64,000 nt of DNA from Spirochaetia bacterium (GTDB lineage: Bacteria; Spirochaetota; Spirochaetia; SZUA-6; Bin103): positions 1,536,001-1,600,000 of the forward strand of contig OZ241907.1 of the NCBI GenBank assembly GCA_965203515.1. The letters are read 5' to 3'. Of this stretch, positions 9,463-19,473 are shown piece after piece. The notes under the pieces were generated by a model that saw only the letters and a program-made list of their open reading frames with translations, made no database searches and had not been told where the DNA came from. Position 1 is the first letter of the stretch. Each line of letters opens with the position of its first letter. Both the position numbers and the translations under genes were made by a program.

Positions 9463-10737
9463 CTAGGCGCCGGCCGTCCGCCGCGCGGCGCGGTCTACGC
9501 GGGCGAACGCCGCCGCGATCCGTTCCGCCTCCGCCTCGCCCCACGACTCGCGCACCGGCACCACCAGGTGCTCGGCGACCGCCGCATGCGCGTTCGGACA
9601 GGGAAAGGCGCGGTCCGGGTCGCCGCGGTACTCGGCGGCGGTCCAGGGGAATCCCCCGCGGGCGCCGAACACGCGCCGCTCGCGGAACCACGTGTAGGTG
9701 GCCGGCAGCGCCGCATAGGTCGGGTTGACCGGCACCCCCTCGGCCGCCACCGCGGCGCAGAACCGCTCCTTGTCCCAGCCGCCGGCGGCGCGGTAGCGCA
9801 GCCGCAGGAACCACCAGGACGGCTCCGCGCCGTCGAGCGTCTCCGGCACCTGCAACGACGGCACGCCGGCCAGCCGCGCCGCCAGCGCGCGCACGAAGGC
9901 GCGGCGGCGCTCGACCGCCGCCGGCAGCTTGGCAAGCTGCGCGCGGCCGATCGCGGCGCTCAGCTCGTCCTGGTTGAAGTTGAGCGATGCCAGGTAGTTG
10001 CGCCCCGCCGGCAGCGTGTCCCCGAACGGCTTGCCGCGGTCGGCGGCGCCGCGGATCCGGCGGTACAGGTGCGGATCGCGGGTGAACAGCACGCCGCCCT
10101 GGCCGCCGGTGGAATGGTGCTTGCCCCACATGGTGGAGAAGCAGGAGACGGTGCCGAAGCTCCCGGCCGGCGCGCCGCCGATGCGGGCGCCGTGCGCCTG
10201 CGCGCAGTCTTCGATCAGCGGCACGCCGTGCCGCTCGGCAAGGCGGGCGATCGGCTCGACCGGCGCCGGCTCCCCCGCTACGTGGGCGACGACCACGGCG
10301 CCGGTCAGCGGCCCCATCACCGCTTCGACCTGCTCGGGGCCGCAGTTGAAGGAGCCGGGGGCGGTGTCGGCCACCACCGGGATGCAGCCGAGCAGCGGCA
10401 CCGGCATGATGCCGCCGGGATCGGTGATCGCCGGCACCACCACCTCCGTGAACGGCTCCACGCCGAGCGCTCGCAGCGCGACGTAGAGGGCCGCGGTGCC
10501 GGAGTTGACCGCGTCGGCGTACCCGCCGCCGAGCGTAGCGGCGAACTCCGCGCAGTACGCCTCCTCCTCCGGGCCGCCGTACTCGATCGCCGCACCGGCG
10601 GCGATGGCGCGATCGAGCACGCCGAGCACGGCGGCGCGCTCCTCGGCGCCGATCAGGCCGCGCTCCGGCAGGCCGGTGACCACCGGCCTGCCGCCGTCGA
10701 TGGCGAGCAGGTCGCCCGCCGCTCCGTCTTTACCCAT
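9463..10737 (-). CDS. DegT/DnrJ/EryC1/StrS family PLP aminotransferase
   Basis: LAIDGG start region, VNSGTAAL, LIEDCAQAHGA, FSTMWGKH..GGQGG. Confidence 0.9.
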   Translation of the reverse strand: MGKDGAAGDLLAIDGGRPVVTGLPERGLIGAEERAAVLGVLDRAIAAGAAIEYGGPEEEAYCAEFAATLGGGYADAVNSGTAALYVALRALGVEPFTEVVVPAITDPGGIMPVPLLGCIPVVADTAPGSFNCGPEQVEAVMGPLTGAVVVAHVAGEPAPVEPIARLAERHGVPLIEDCAQAHGARIGGAPAGSFGTVSCFSTMWGKHHSTGGQGGVLFTRDPHLYRRIRGAADRGKPFGDTLPAGRNYLASLNFNQDELSAAIGRAQLAKLPAAVERRRAFVRALAARLAGVPSLQVPETLDGAEPSWWFLRLRYRAAGGWDKERFCAAVAAEGVPVNPTYAALPATYTWFRERRVFGARGGFPWTAAEYRGDPDRAFPCPNAHAAVAEHLVVPVRESWGEAEAERIAAAFARVDRAARRTAGA

Positions 10738-10810
10738 GGCGCGCCAGTCTAATCTATCCGCGCCGGCCGGCCTTGCACGCTGCTTGCAGAGTCGGGCAGT
10801 TCTCACTACT

Positions 10811-11998
10811 ATGCGAATCGGAACCGTGAACCCCGCGATCACCCTGGGCATGGAGGAAGAGTTCTTCCTGGTCGACCCGGCTACCCGCGACCTGTTGGCC
10901 GACCCCGTCCCCGAGATCCTGGCCTCCTGCGATCGACAGCGCGGGCCGCACCGCGTCGTTCCGGAGTTTCTCCGCTCCCAGCTCGAGACCAACACCCGCG
11001 TCTGCGCCTCGGTCGCCGAGGTCCGCGACGCGCTGGTGGAGACGCGCCGGCTGGTCATCGAGTCGGCCGACCGGCACGGCGCCGCGGTGATCGCCTCCTC
11101 CACCCATCCCTTCGCCTCGTGGGAGGAACAGGCGCCGACGCGCAAAGAGCGCTACGAGCGGTTCGCGGCCACGTACCAGGAGTCGGTCCGACGGCTCCTC
11201 ATCAGCGGCATGCACGTCCACGCCGGCTTCGGCGACCCGGACGAACGGATCAAGGTCATGACCGCGTTGCGCCGCTACCTGCCCCTGTTCCACGCCCTGT
11301 CGACCTCGTCGCCGTTCAACGCCGGCCACTTCACCGGGTTCAAGTCCTATCGGCTCAACATGTTCGGCGTCCTCCCCCGCACCAGTCTGCCGGCGCCGCT
11401 CTACTCGCGGGCGCAGTACGACTGGCTGGTGAACGACTACCGGCAGATGGAGTTCATCCAGGACGGCAGCGAACTGTGGTGGGACATCCGCCCCGCGCAC
11501 GCGCACCCGACCGTGGAGTTGCGCATCTGCGACATGTGCCCCCGCATCGACGACACGGTCTGCATCGTGGCGCTCTACGCATCCCTCATCCGTATGCTCC
11601 TGCGGCAGGCTCGGGCCGGCACGCTTCCCCCCGAGCCGCGCACCGAGATCATCGCCGAGAATCGCTGGCTGGCGAGCCGCTACGGAGTGTTCGCGTTTCT
11701 GGGCGATCCCGCCGCCCGCGGGCGCCTGGACATCGACGAGTACGCGGAGGAGCTGGTCGCGAAGTTGGCCGACGATGCGCGCGTGCTCGGCTGCCATGAC
11801 GATCTGCTCCGCGTACCGGCGATCATCCGCGAAGGGACCAGCGCCGACCGGCAGATCGATCTCTATCGGCTCCGGCGCCTGGAAGGCGCGACGGAGACGG
11901 AAGCTCTGCATTCGGTCGTCGATCTGGTGACCGCCGAAACCCGGGAGGGAGTCACCGATTCCCGATCCGAGCGCGAACCGCCCCGCGCCGGCGTGTGA
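10811..11998 (+). CDS. Carboxylate-amine ligase, glutamate-cysteine ligase 2 (YbdK/GCS2) family
   Basis: TLGMEEEFFLVD, GMHVHAG, SSPF, WWDIRP, TVELRICD, ENRWLASRYG. Confidence 0.92.
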   Translation: MRIGTVNPAITLGMEEEFFLVDPATRDLLADPVPEILASCDRQRGPHRVVPEFLRSQLETNTRVCASVAEVRDALVETRRLVIESADRHGAAVIASSTHPFASWEEQAPTRKERYERFAATYQESVRRLLISGMHVHAGFGDPDERIKVMTALRRYLPLFHALSTSSPFNAGHFTGFKSYRLNMFGVLPRTSLPAPLYSRAQYDWLVNDYRQMEFIQDGSELWWDIRPAHAHPTVELRICDMCPRIDDTVCIVALYASLIRMLLRQARAGTLPPEPRTEIIAENRWLASRYGVFAFLGDPAARGRLDIDEYAEELVAKLADDARVLGCHDDLLRVPAIIREGTSADRQIDLYRLRRLEGATETEALHSVVDLVTAETREGVTDSRSEREPPRAGV

Positions 11999-12028
11999 CG
12001 CGCAACCGGCGGCATGGCGCTCGCGCGC

Positions 12029-13846
12029 CTACCCGCCGCCGGCGCCATCCTCCTCGTAGATCGCCTGCCCCCGATGCAGGCGCCGCGCGATCAGGGCCGT
12101 GCTCAGGCCGGCGCGCCGCGTCGGACAGTGCGCGGCCAGGTTGCGCGCCACGCCGACCATCAGGTGCTCCCGCTCCGGGCCGTCCCCCCAGAGCCGTCCC
12201 TGCGCCACCGCCGCTTCCAGTACCTGCAGGCTGTGGAAGTCGAGGTCCTCGCGCACCGTCGCGTGCGCCAGCGTATCGATCAGCCGCTCCGGGGAGCCGC
12301 CCGTGCGCAGATAGCGGGCGGTCAGCGCGTCCGCCTGACCGGGAACGCTGCGGCGGTCCATGGTATCGAGCAGGCGGTCGAGCAGCTCCTGCGGTTCCGC
12401 CGGCAGCGCGTCCAGGCCGTCCCGCTCGCCCGGCAGTCGGGCCGGCGGCACGTTCAGGAACCGGTCGGCGTGTACCGCCAGCGCCGCCTGCACGATCGCC
12501 GCCGCCGTGCGCGTGGTCGGGTTGCGCCGGACGGCCCGGTCCACGGCGTTGGCAAAGATGAAGGTGTGCTGCGCGCTGAACCAGTCGCCTACGTCGTTGG
12601 AGGCCGAGAAGCGCGCCAGACGCAGGCCGGCCGCGTAGGCGACCACGGCCGACAGCGTCCGGGGGGCGATCCCGCCGGCGAAGGCATCGGCGATCGCCGC
12701 CACCAGCGCCGGCCCGTCATCGCCGAGCAGGACCGGCAGCAGCCGGCCCGCCGTTTCACGCGCCCGCGCCGCGTCGTCCGCTCCGGCGGCCGACCCGTCT
12801 GCGGCCGAACCGTCCGCGGCCGCCGCGTTCCGGCCCGATTCCAGCAGGCCCGGCAGCGATCGCTCCACCTCGCGGGCTGCGCTCACCAGATCGACCGGGT
12901 GCCGCCAGGCGCTTCCCTCCTCCTCGCCGCGCGCCGCGGCGATCCGGCCGGCCAGGAGCGCCACGTGGGTCTCCGCATCGCCGGCGCCGACGTGATCGAG
13001 CAGCTCGAATACCTTGTTGCACGAATCGAGCAAGTGGCCGCCCTCCGCGTAGAGCCGCTGCGCCGCCGCGCCGCACAGCAGTCCGGCGGCGTCGCGCGCG
13101 CGGAGCGTTCGCAGCGCGGTCGCCAACGTGCGCTCGATCCCGTCGGCGTGGCGCGCGGCGACGAACGTCTCCAGCCAGCGGGACAGCTCGTCGAGCCGGC
13201 GGCCGTCGCCGTCGAGCGCCCCGCGCAGGCGGTGCGGCACCGCCCCGGCCGCCTCCGCGGCGACCTGCCGGGTCGCGTAGCAGAGCGCCAGATAGCGCGT
13301 ATCCTCGCTCAGGTACGGCGCGAGGTTCGCCACGCAGGTGAGGCGCACCAACCCCTCGCCCCACCTCGCCAGCCTGCGGGCGGCGAAGCCGGCGACGGTG
13401 GCGATCACCCCGGCCGCGTCCTGACCGCCGTCCAGGAGCCCGAGCAGCGCCTTGGCCTGGATCAGTCCCACGCCGATATCGAGCCCGCGCTGCAGGCGCC
13501 GTCCGTAGAAGGCCGCATCGGCGCGCCGGCGCGGAGTCCGGGAGACCATGACCTGTCCATCGACGATCCGCACCTCGTAGGAGGGTACGTCGTCGGCGAA
13601 CAGGTCGAACGCGCAGCCGCTGGCGGCGTCGAACCGGGCGTGGTGCCAGTGACAGGTCAGGATGCCGTCGCGGAGCGAGCCGCGGTGCAGCGGAAACCCC
13701 ATGTGCGGGCAGCGGTTGTCCACGGCCGCCAGGCGGTCGCCGTCGGCGAATACCGCGATCGTGACCCCGTCACCCTCGACCAGGACGACCCCCTTGGCGC
13801 GCACCGACTCGACCGTGCCCGCCGCAACGTACCGTTCATCGACCAT
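12029..13846 (-). CDS. Rieske [2Fe-2S] domain protein with long helical C-terminal region
   Basis: N-terminal NRCPHMGFPL...TCHWHHARFD Rieske motif, then about 500 aa of unknown function. Confidence 0.85.
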   Translation of the reverse strand: MVDERYVAAGTVESVRAKGVVLVEGDGVTIAVFADGDRLAAVDNRCPHMGFPLHRGSLRDGILTCHWHHARFDAASGCAFDLFADDVPSYEVRIVDGQVMVSRTPRRRADAAFYGRRLQRGLDIGVGLIQAKALLGLLDGGQDAAGVIATVAGFAARRLARWGEGLVRLTCVANLAPYLSEDTRYLALCYATRQVAAEAAGAVPHRLRGALDGDGRRLDELSRWLETFVAARHADGIERTLATALRTLRARDAAGLLCGAAAQRLYAEGGHLLDSCNKVFELLDHVGAGDAETHVALLAGRIAAARGEEEGSAWRHPVDLVSAAREVERSLPGLLESGRNAAAADGSAADGSAAGADDAARARETAGRLLPVLLGDDGPALVAAIADAFAGGIAPRTLSAVVAYAAGLRLARFSASNDVGDWFSAQHTFIFANAVDRAVRRNPTTRTAAAIVQAALAVHADRFLNVPPARLPGERDGLDALPAEPQELLDRLLDTMDRRSVPGQADALTARYLRTGGSPERLIDTLAHATVREDLDFHSLQVLEAAVAQGRLWGDGPEREHLMVGVARNLAAHCPTRRAGLSTALIARRLHRGQAIYEEDGAGGG

Positions 13847-13958
13847 CGCGCGCCCCCTTCCCTCCCGTTTGTACCCTGTTATCCGGCGAGCCGCCATACC
13901 GGCGCGCCTGCCCGTCCGGTGAGTTGTGACGCACGCGAGCGCCGCGCGCGGCGGCGGG

Positions 13959-14864
13959 TCAGCGTTCGCGCCGCGCCGCCAGCAGCGCCCCGCCCGTGGC
14001 CAGCACGACGCCGGCGACGGCCGGCCCACCCACCCGGTCGCCGCGCAGCAGAACGCCCAGCAGCAGCGCCACCACCGGGATCAGGTAGGTGATGAACGAG
14101 GCTCGCACCGAACCGGCGCGGCCCACCAGGGTGCCCATGATCCAGTAGGCGGCTCCGGTGCCCACGACGCCGATCGCCAGCACCGCGAACAACGCCGGCC
14201 AGGCGAACGCGGAGCCGCCCAGTCCGTACAGGCCGTACGGCGCGGTCCACAGCGCCCCGAGCGCCACGATGCGCGCCATCACCGGCACCGCTCCGTAGCG
14301 CTGCTGCAGCGGCACGGCCAAGTTGACCGCCACGCCGTAGCAGAGGGTCGCGCACAGGATCAACGCGACGCCGGCGGCGCTGGTGGCGCCGGGCGCCGCG
14401 GTCGACCAGGCGATCGCCGTCACGCCGGCCGATCCGATCAGCAGCCCGGCGAGCCGCGCCGGCCGCGGCGCGCGCCGCAGCAGCGCGGTGGACAGGATCG
14501 CGGCGAAGATCGGCATCGCCCCGTTGAGCATGCCGGTGAGCGCCGAGTTCACCCACTGCTGGGCGATCGGGAAGATCGTGAACGGCGCCGCGACCCAGAC
14601 GAACGACAGCACCACGACCCGCAGGCGGTCCTCGGCCGCCAGCGGCCGGCGCGCGGCCGGCACCAGCCACAGCGTGGCCGCCCCGCCGGCCACCCGCAGG
14701 AAGGTGATCAGGCCGGGCCGAAACGCATCGAGGGCGATGTCGATGAGCAGGAACGACGCGCCCCAGATCGTCGATATCGAACAGAACAACGCCCAATCGG
14801 CTGCGGTGAAGGCTCCGGGGTTGGCGCTGTCCGCGGTGCTGAAGAGCCGCCTACCGGCGCCCAT
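13959..14864 (-). CDS. DMT/EamA family transporter
   Basis: IWGASF, about 10 hydrophobic segments, TYLIPVVALLLG. Confidence 0.9.
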   Translation of the reverse strand: MGAGRRLFSTADSANPGAFTAADWALFCSISTIWGASFLLIDIALDAFRPGLITFLRVAGGAATLWLVPAARRPLAAEDRLRVVVLSFVWVAAPFTIFPIAQQWVNSALTGMLNGAMPIFAAILSTALLRRAPRPARLAGLLIGSAGVTAIAWSTAAPGATSAAGVALILCATLCYGVAVNLAVPLQQRYGAVPVMARIVALGALWTAPYGLYGLGGSAFAWPALFAVLAIGVVGTGAAYWIMGTLVGRAGSVRASFITYLIPVVALLLGVLLRGDRVGGPAVAGVVLATGGALLAARRER

Positions 14865-15798
14865 GCGCCGGACCGGTCGGCAGCCCGACCTCCTCCAGCA
14901 GCGCCGGAATCCGCTCCTTGTCCGTCGCGTCCGGGGAACGGAACGGAGCCGACACCGTGTCGTGCTCGATGATCCCCATCAGCTTGAGCGCGGCCTTGAG
15001 TCCGGCGTAGCCGATCCCGCTGCTCCCGGCGCGCAGCCGCGTCACCCGCGCGGCGGCGAGCACCCGTTCGAGGCGGCGTTCGGCGGTCTCCCGATCGCCG
15101 CGCTGGCCGGCCTCCCAGGCGTCGGCCAGCGCGCGCGGAATCAGGTTGCCGATCCCGGGGACGATGCCGTGAGCGCCGGTGCCGGCCATGGCGGCGCGCC
15201 AGACGGAGCCGACCAGCCGGTACAGGGCGAGCCGACGCATGCGGCAGAGCATGACGAGCTGCGCGAACGTCTCGCCCCCGCCGGAGCTGTCCTTGACCCC
15301 CGCCGCGGTGCCGTCGGCGGCCAGCGCGGCGATCGTGTCCGGCTCCACCGTCACCTTGACGGTGGAGGGGATGTTGTAGACCCACAGCGGTTGGCCGCAG
15401 CGGTCGGCGATGGCGCGGAAGTGGTCGATCAGCTCGTCCTGCGTGTGGTGGTAGTAGTACGGCGGGGTGGCGGCGATGCCGGTGAGCGGGCAGTCGCGAA
15501 GCGCCTCCGCGCCGGCGATGGCGGCGCGGGTGGCGGGGGCCGAGACGTTGCCGATCACCGGCACGCGGCCGGCCGCCTGCTCGACGACGGTCTCGATCAC
15601 CAAGCGGCGGGCGTCCGCATCGAGCGCCGCGAACTCGCCCGTGGTGCCGGCCGCCCAGATGCCGTGCACGCCGCCGTCGATGAGGTAGTCGGTGAGCCGC
15701 CGCAGCGAGGCGACGTCGACCGCTTCGTCCGGCGTGAGCGGAGTCAGAATCGGCACGACCACGCCGCGCACGGCGCCGCGCCCTGCTTCGTGTCTCAT
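14851..15798 (-). CDS. Dihydrodipicolinate synthase (DapA)/class I aldolase family protein
   Basis: GTTGE, PPYY, YNIP and GVKDS motifs. Confidence 0.9.
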   Translation of the reverse strand: MRHEAGRGAVRGVVVPILTPLTPDEAVDVASLRRLTDYLIDGGVHGIWAAGTTGEFAALDADARRLVIETVVEQAAGRVPVIGNVSAPATRAAIAGAEALRDCPLTGIAATPPYYYHHTQDELIDHFRAIADRCGQPLWVYNIPSTVKVTVEPDTIAALAADGTAAGVKDSSGGGETFAQLVMLCRMRRLALYRLVGSVWRAAMAGTGAHGIVPGIGNLIPRALADAWEAGQRGDRETAERRLERVLAAARVTRLRAGSSGIGYAGLKAALKLMGIIEHDTVSAPFRSPDATDKERIPALLEEVGLPTGPAHGRR

Positions 15799-15820
15799 CG
15801 ATGGTGCTCCCCGGTTCGTT

Positions 15821-15893
15821 TGAGCCGCGACGGATTCGAACCGTCGACCCACAGCTTAAAAGGCTGTTGCTCTACCACCTGAGCTAGCGGCCC
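15821..15893 (-). tRNA. tRNA-Lys (anticodon TTT)
   Basis: Reverse complement folds as a tRNA: GGGCCGC acceptor, TAGCTCAGGTGGTAGAGC D arm, ACAGC-CTTTTAA-GCTGT anticodon arm, GGTTCGAATCC T arm. Confidence 0.96.
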
Positions 15894-15926
15894 GTATGAC
15901 ACCGTATGACGTCGAGCCCTGCGGCG

Positions 15927-16328
15927 CTAGGTAGCCTCCGGCAGAGCCGGCGCGCCGCCGGAATCGGTTGCGGAGGGGTCGTCGCCCATGATGCAGCGCC
16001 CGTTGAGCCGGCCGCCGCTCTCCATCGCCAGCTCCGGAGTGGTGACGTCGCCGACCACGGCCGCGGTCGAGTAGAGCTCGACGCCGGCCCGCGCGGTCAC
16101 GTCGCCGCGGACCCGCCCCTTGCAGCGCAGGCGCTCCACTTCGACCTGCGCGGACACCGTGGCGTGCTCGTCGACGTAGAGTATCCCGGAAGCGGTGACC
16201 CGGCCCTTCAGGTCGCCCTTGACGATCAGCGAACGCTCGAACGTCACCTCGCCCTCGAACTCCACGTCCTCGCCCAACACCGTATCGATGGAGTCGTCAT
16301 CGAACTCCAAAAGCCTTCGATCGGACAC
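15927..16328 (-). CDS. Bactofilin (polymer-forming cytoskeletal protein)
   Basis: DTVLGEDVEFEGEV...VKGDLKG...GRVRGDVTA...VVGDVTT..LAMESGGRLNGRCIM beta-helix repeats. Confidence 0.9.
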   Translation of the reverse strand: MSDRRLLEFDDDSIDTVLGEDVEFEGEVTFERSLIVKGDLKGRVTASGILYVDEHATVSAQVEVERLRCKGRVRGDVTARAGVELYSTAAVVGDVTTPELAMESGGRLNGRCIMGDDPSATDSGGAPALPEAT

Positions 16329-16476
16329 AATCGGCCCTCCGCGCGTAGAGTCTGTCGAGTCGCCGCGTCAGCTGCAAGCGCGGCCGGAAGCGGTTCAACT
16401 CCAACGGAATTCCACCATCTCCGCGGACGCCTCATCCCGCTATCGTTTCGGCAGCACGTCGCGCTGCGCCATCAGA

Positions 16477-17808
16477 CTACGGGATGCCTGCGTGGCGGTT
16501 GCGATGATGGGCGGCGCACAGCAGTCGGAGATTGTTCGGCTCGGCGCCGCCGCCCTGGGCATACGGCACGACGTGATCGATCTGCAGCAGGTGTTGGGAG
16601 CCGCAGCGGCGTCCGCTGGTGCGGTTCACGTAGCTGCAGCGGCCCCGGTCGCGCCGCCAGACTTCGCGTTTGACCGCCGCCGGGATGGCGCGGCCGGTCC
16701 CGCCGCCCGCCTTCGCTGCCGAAGTTTGGGCCCGCGGCGGCGCCGCCCGCTTCGCGCCCGCCACAGCCTGCCGGCCGAGGTCCGCGTCTTCGGCGCCGAA
16801 GTCGTGTCGCCCGCCGGCTTCGCCGCCGAAGTGTCCGGGCGTTCCAGGCCGCGGCCCGCCTGCAGCGGCGGCTTCGTCTCCCGGCTGCGCCGCCGCCGAA
16901 GGAGCGGCGCTGTCCGATCGAGCCTCCTGCTTCGCTGCCGAAGCGGCGCGAGCCGAGGCCGCCTGCGTCTTCGCCGCCGAAGTCCGCTCGGCGCTTGCGG
17001 CCCGGGCGCCGATGCGACGCCCGCGCGGCGGCCGGGCCGGATCGTGGCGGTCGAGCCCTTCCTGCACCAGCCGCCCCATGAGCTGCCCCAACGTCATGTG
17101 CGGGTCGACGTGGGACAGGAGGCCCTTGAGCCGCTCCAAGCCGCACCGGCACTCATCGTCGATGACCGCCTTGAGCTCCCAGCGCCCGGCGCCCAGCGGA
17201 CGCACCCGATCCGCCGGCACCGCCAGCTCCGGGTCGACCTCGGCCAGCAACCGCATCACCTGCCGGCTGCTCTTGCCGGCCGCCTGCTCCACCAGCGCCC
17301 GCCGCGCCGACCGGTCCAGCACCGGCGTCGGCTTCCGCTCCGCCGGCTGAGCCGGTCCCGGCGTCGGCGCCTCGCCGTCCTGCGACCGCGCGGCGGCCCC
17401 GAATCCGATCCCGCGCGGCGCGCTACGCGCCGCGCGGTCCCTGTTGCGCTCCTGCCGGTCGAAGGCGTTCTGCAACTGCGCGGCCGCGTTGAGCGTCATC
17501 GAGCCGTCCTGCAGGCGTTCGCGCACGCCGTCGAAGTCCGCGCAGAGCCGCATCGCCTTGATGCGCCGCCAGGCGGCGGCGTCGCTGTAGCCCAGCTCGC
17601 GCACCGCGTAATCGAACAGGCTGGAGAACCCGCGGCGCAGATACAGTCGGCGCTTATGTATCTCGCGGAGGTGGTCGATGACGACGACTTCGAGCTGGTG
17701 TTCGATGCCGGACAGTTCCTTGGTCCGCGCTATCAGGCGGTCGTCGGAGAGAGCGGAAACGGTGGTCGTGATGGCTGCGCCGGCCGTGTCGGAACGAGTG
17801 CCGTTCAT
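16477..17808 (-). CDS. HNH endonuclease with helical N-terminal (DUF222-like) region and low-complexity linker
   Basis: C-terminal IPAAVKREVWRRDRGRC...C...LQIDHVVPYAQGG....NLRLLCAAHH; N-terminal LYLRRGFSSLFDY. Confidence 0.85.
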   Translation of the reverse strand: MNGTRSDTAGAAITTTVSALSDDRLIARTKELSGIEHQLEVVVIDHLREIHKRRLYLRRGFSSLFDYAVRELGYSDAAAWRRIKAMRLCADFDGVRERLQDGSMTLNAAAQLQNAFDRQERNRDRAARSAPRGIGFGAAARSQDGEAPTPGPAQPAERKPTPVLDRSARRALVEQAAGKSSRQVMRLLAEVDPELAVPADRVRPLGAGRWELKAVIDDECRCGLERLKGLLSHVDPHMTLGQLMGRLVQEGLDRHDPARPPRGRRIGARAASAERTSAAKTQAASARAASAAKQEARSDSAAPSAAAQPGDEAAAAGGPRPGTPGHFGGEAGGRHDFGAEDADLGRQAVAGAKRAAPPRAQTSAAKAGGGTGRAIPAAVKREVWRRDRGRCSYVNRTSGRRCGSQHLLQIDHVVPYAQGGGAEPNNLRLLCAAHHRNRHAGIP

Positions 17809-17814
17809 GGCACA

Positions 17815-17843
17815 AGTATAATGATGTAAAGTAGTTGAGTCAA
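17815..17843 (-). promoter_or_regulatory. Sigma70-type promoter of the HNH gene, probably leaderless
   Basis: Minus strand TTGACT-17 bp-TATACT, ending 6 nt before ATG 17808, in an AT-rich patch. Confidence 0.7.
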
Positions 17844-18334
17844 GTTGTCCGCAACGGTATCCCGGCAAAAAAAGTCTTCGACAGAAGCTGGTCGCGAAGG
17901 CCGCGGTTCTTCGTGTCGATGTTTGGGTCGCGTGCTACTCGGCTGCCGTCGGTTCGACGTGCGAGCGTTTGTGTTCGTTGGCCGCGCTTCCGAACAGATC
18001 GCCCTGTTGCGGTTCCCGCGACCGCATCGCGTCCGGCAGCAGGTTCTCGATCGCCGGTACGGAGACGTTGGCCAGCTCCTTCGGTTCCAGCTTGTGGAGG
18101 CCGCCGCCGTACACCCGGCCTTCGCCGAGCAGCGCCTGCGGACGGATGGCGTTCAGCATCTCCCAGATCGCCCGCTTCACCGCCGGTTCTTCTTGCAGGA
18201 GGCCGGCGATCGGCCCTTTCGGATACAACATGAGATAGACGTTCGACGCGGTCGCCCGCGAGTGATTTGAGGTGGTCCTAGAAAACTGGACAGGTTGCTA
18301 AGGTGTACTCCAGGCCTTGAGGAGGGCCGACCAG

Positions 18335-18619
18335 ATGGCCAGGAAACGGCGGCGATTCACCGCCGAGTTCAAAGCGCGCGTGGCGCTCGAAGCGCTCAGC
18401 GGCGACCGCACGATTCAGGCGATCGCCGCCGATCACGCGGTGCATCCCAACCAAGTCAGCGACTGGAAGCGGCAAGCCGTCGACGGCTTGCACGACCTGT
18501 TCGCCACCGGCGCCAAGCGCCGGCAGGACGATCACGAAGCGATCATCCACGACCTGCACGCCAAGATCGGCGAGTTGACCGTGGAGCGCGATTTTTTAGC
18601 GCGCGGGCTCGCTCGTTGA
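18335..18619 (+). CDS. IS3 transposase OrfA (HTH)
   Basis: MARKRRRFTAEFKARVALEA...VHPNQVSDWK...KIGELTVERDFL; slippery GATTTTTTAG at about 18590. Confidence 0.92.
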   Translation: MARKRRRFTAEFKARVALEALSGDRTIQAIAADHAVHPNQVSDWKRQAVDGLHDLFATGAKRRQDDHEAIIHDLHAKIGELTVERDFLARGLAR

Positions 18620-19473
18620 GCCGCGACCAACGGCGCACGATGGTCGATCGAGCCCACCAACACCTGAGCGTCAGCCGGCAGTGCCGGCTGCTGGCGATGA
18701 GTCGCTCGACGCTGTACTACGCGCCGCAGGGCCACAGCGCCGAGACCTTGGCGCTGATGCGCCGCATCGACCAGTTGTACCTGTGCTACCCGTTCTACGG
18801 CAGCCGCCAGATGGCGCGCCATCTCGAACAGGAGGAAGTGACGGTCGGCCGCCACCGGGTCCGCCGGCTGATGCATCTGCTCGGCCTGGAGGCGATCTAC
18901 CGCAAGCCGCGCACCAGCACGGCGCATCCCGAACACTGCGTGTACCCGTATCTGCTGCGCGGCCTGAGCATCGAGCGGGCGAACCACGTGTGGTGCGCCG
19001 ACATCACCTACATCCCGGTGCAGGAAGGATATCTGTACCTGGTGGCAGTCATGGACTGGGCGAGCCGGCGGGTGCTGGCGTGGCGGCTGAGCAACACGCT
19101 GGACACCGCGTTCTGCCTCGCGGCGCTCGACGAGGCGCTGCGGCGGTACGGACGGCCGCAGGTCTTCAACACCGATCAGGGCAGGCAGTTCACGAGCCGG
19201 GCGTTCACCGAGCGGCTGCGGGCGGCCGGCATCCGGTGCTCGATGGATGGCCGCCGCCGATGCATGGACAACGTGTTCATCGAGCGGCTGTGGCGGTCGT
19301 TGAAGTACGAGGCGGTCTACCTGCACGAGTTGGCCGACGGCAGGGCGGCGCGGCGGGTGATCGGGCAGTGGATGGCGTTCTACAACGAGCAGCGGCCGCA
19401 CTCGGCGCTCGGCGGGCGCACGCCGGCGCAGTGCTACGACGGCACGCGGGCGGCCAGCGAGCAGGCGGCGTAG
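18592..19473 (+). CDS. IS3 transposase OrfB (DDE integrase core), expressed by -1 frameshift
   Basis: WCADITY, FNTDQG, NVFIERLWRSLKYE, YNEQRPHSALG. Frame is -1 relative to OrfA; start is approximate. Confidence 0.9.
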   Translation, partial: FFSARARSLSRDQRRTMVDRAHQHLSVSRQCRLLAMSRSTLYYAPQGHSAETLALMRRIDQLYLCYPFYGSRQMARHLEQEEVTVGRHRVRRLMHLLGLEAIYRKPRTSTAHPEHCVYPYLLRGLSIERANHVWCADITYIPVQEGYLYLVAVMDWASRRVLAWRLSNTLDTAFCLAALDEALRRYGRPQVFNTDQGRQFTSRAFTERLRAAGIRCSMDGRRRCMDNVFIERLWRSLKYEAVYLHELADGRAARRVIGQWMAFYNEQRPHSALGGRTPAQCYDGTRAASEQAA

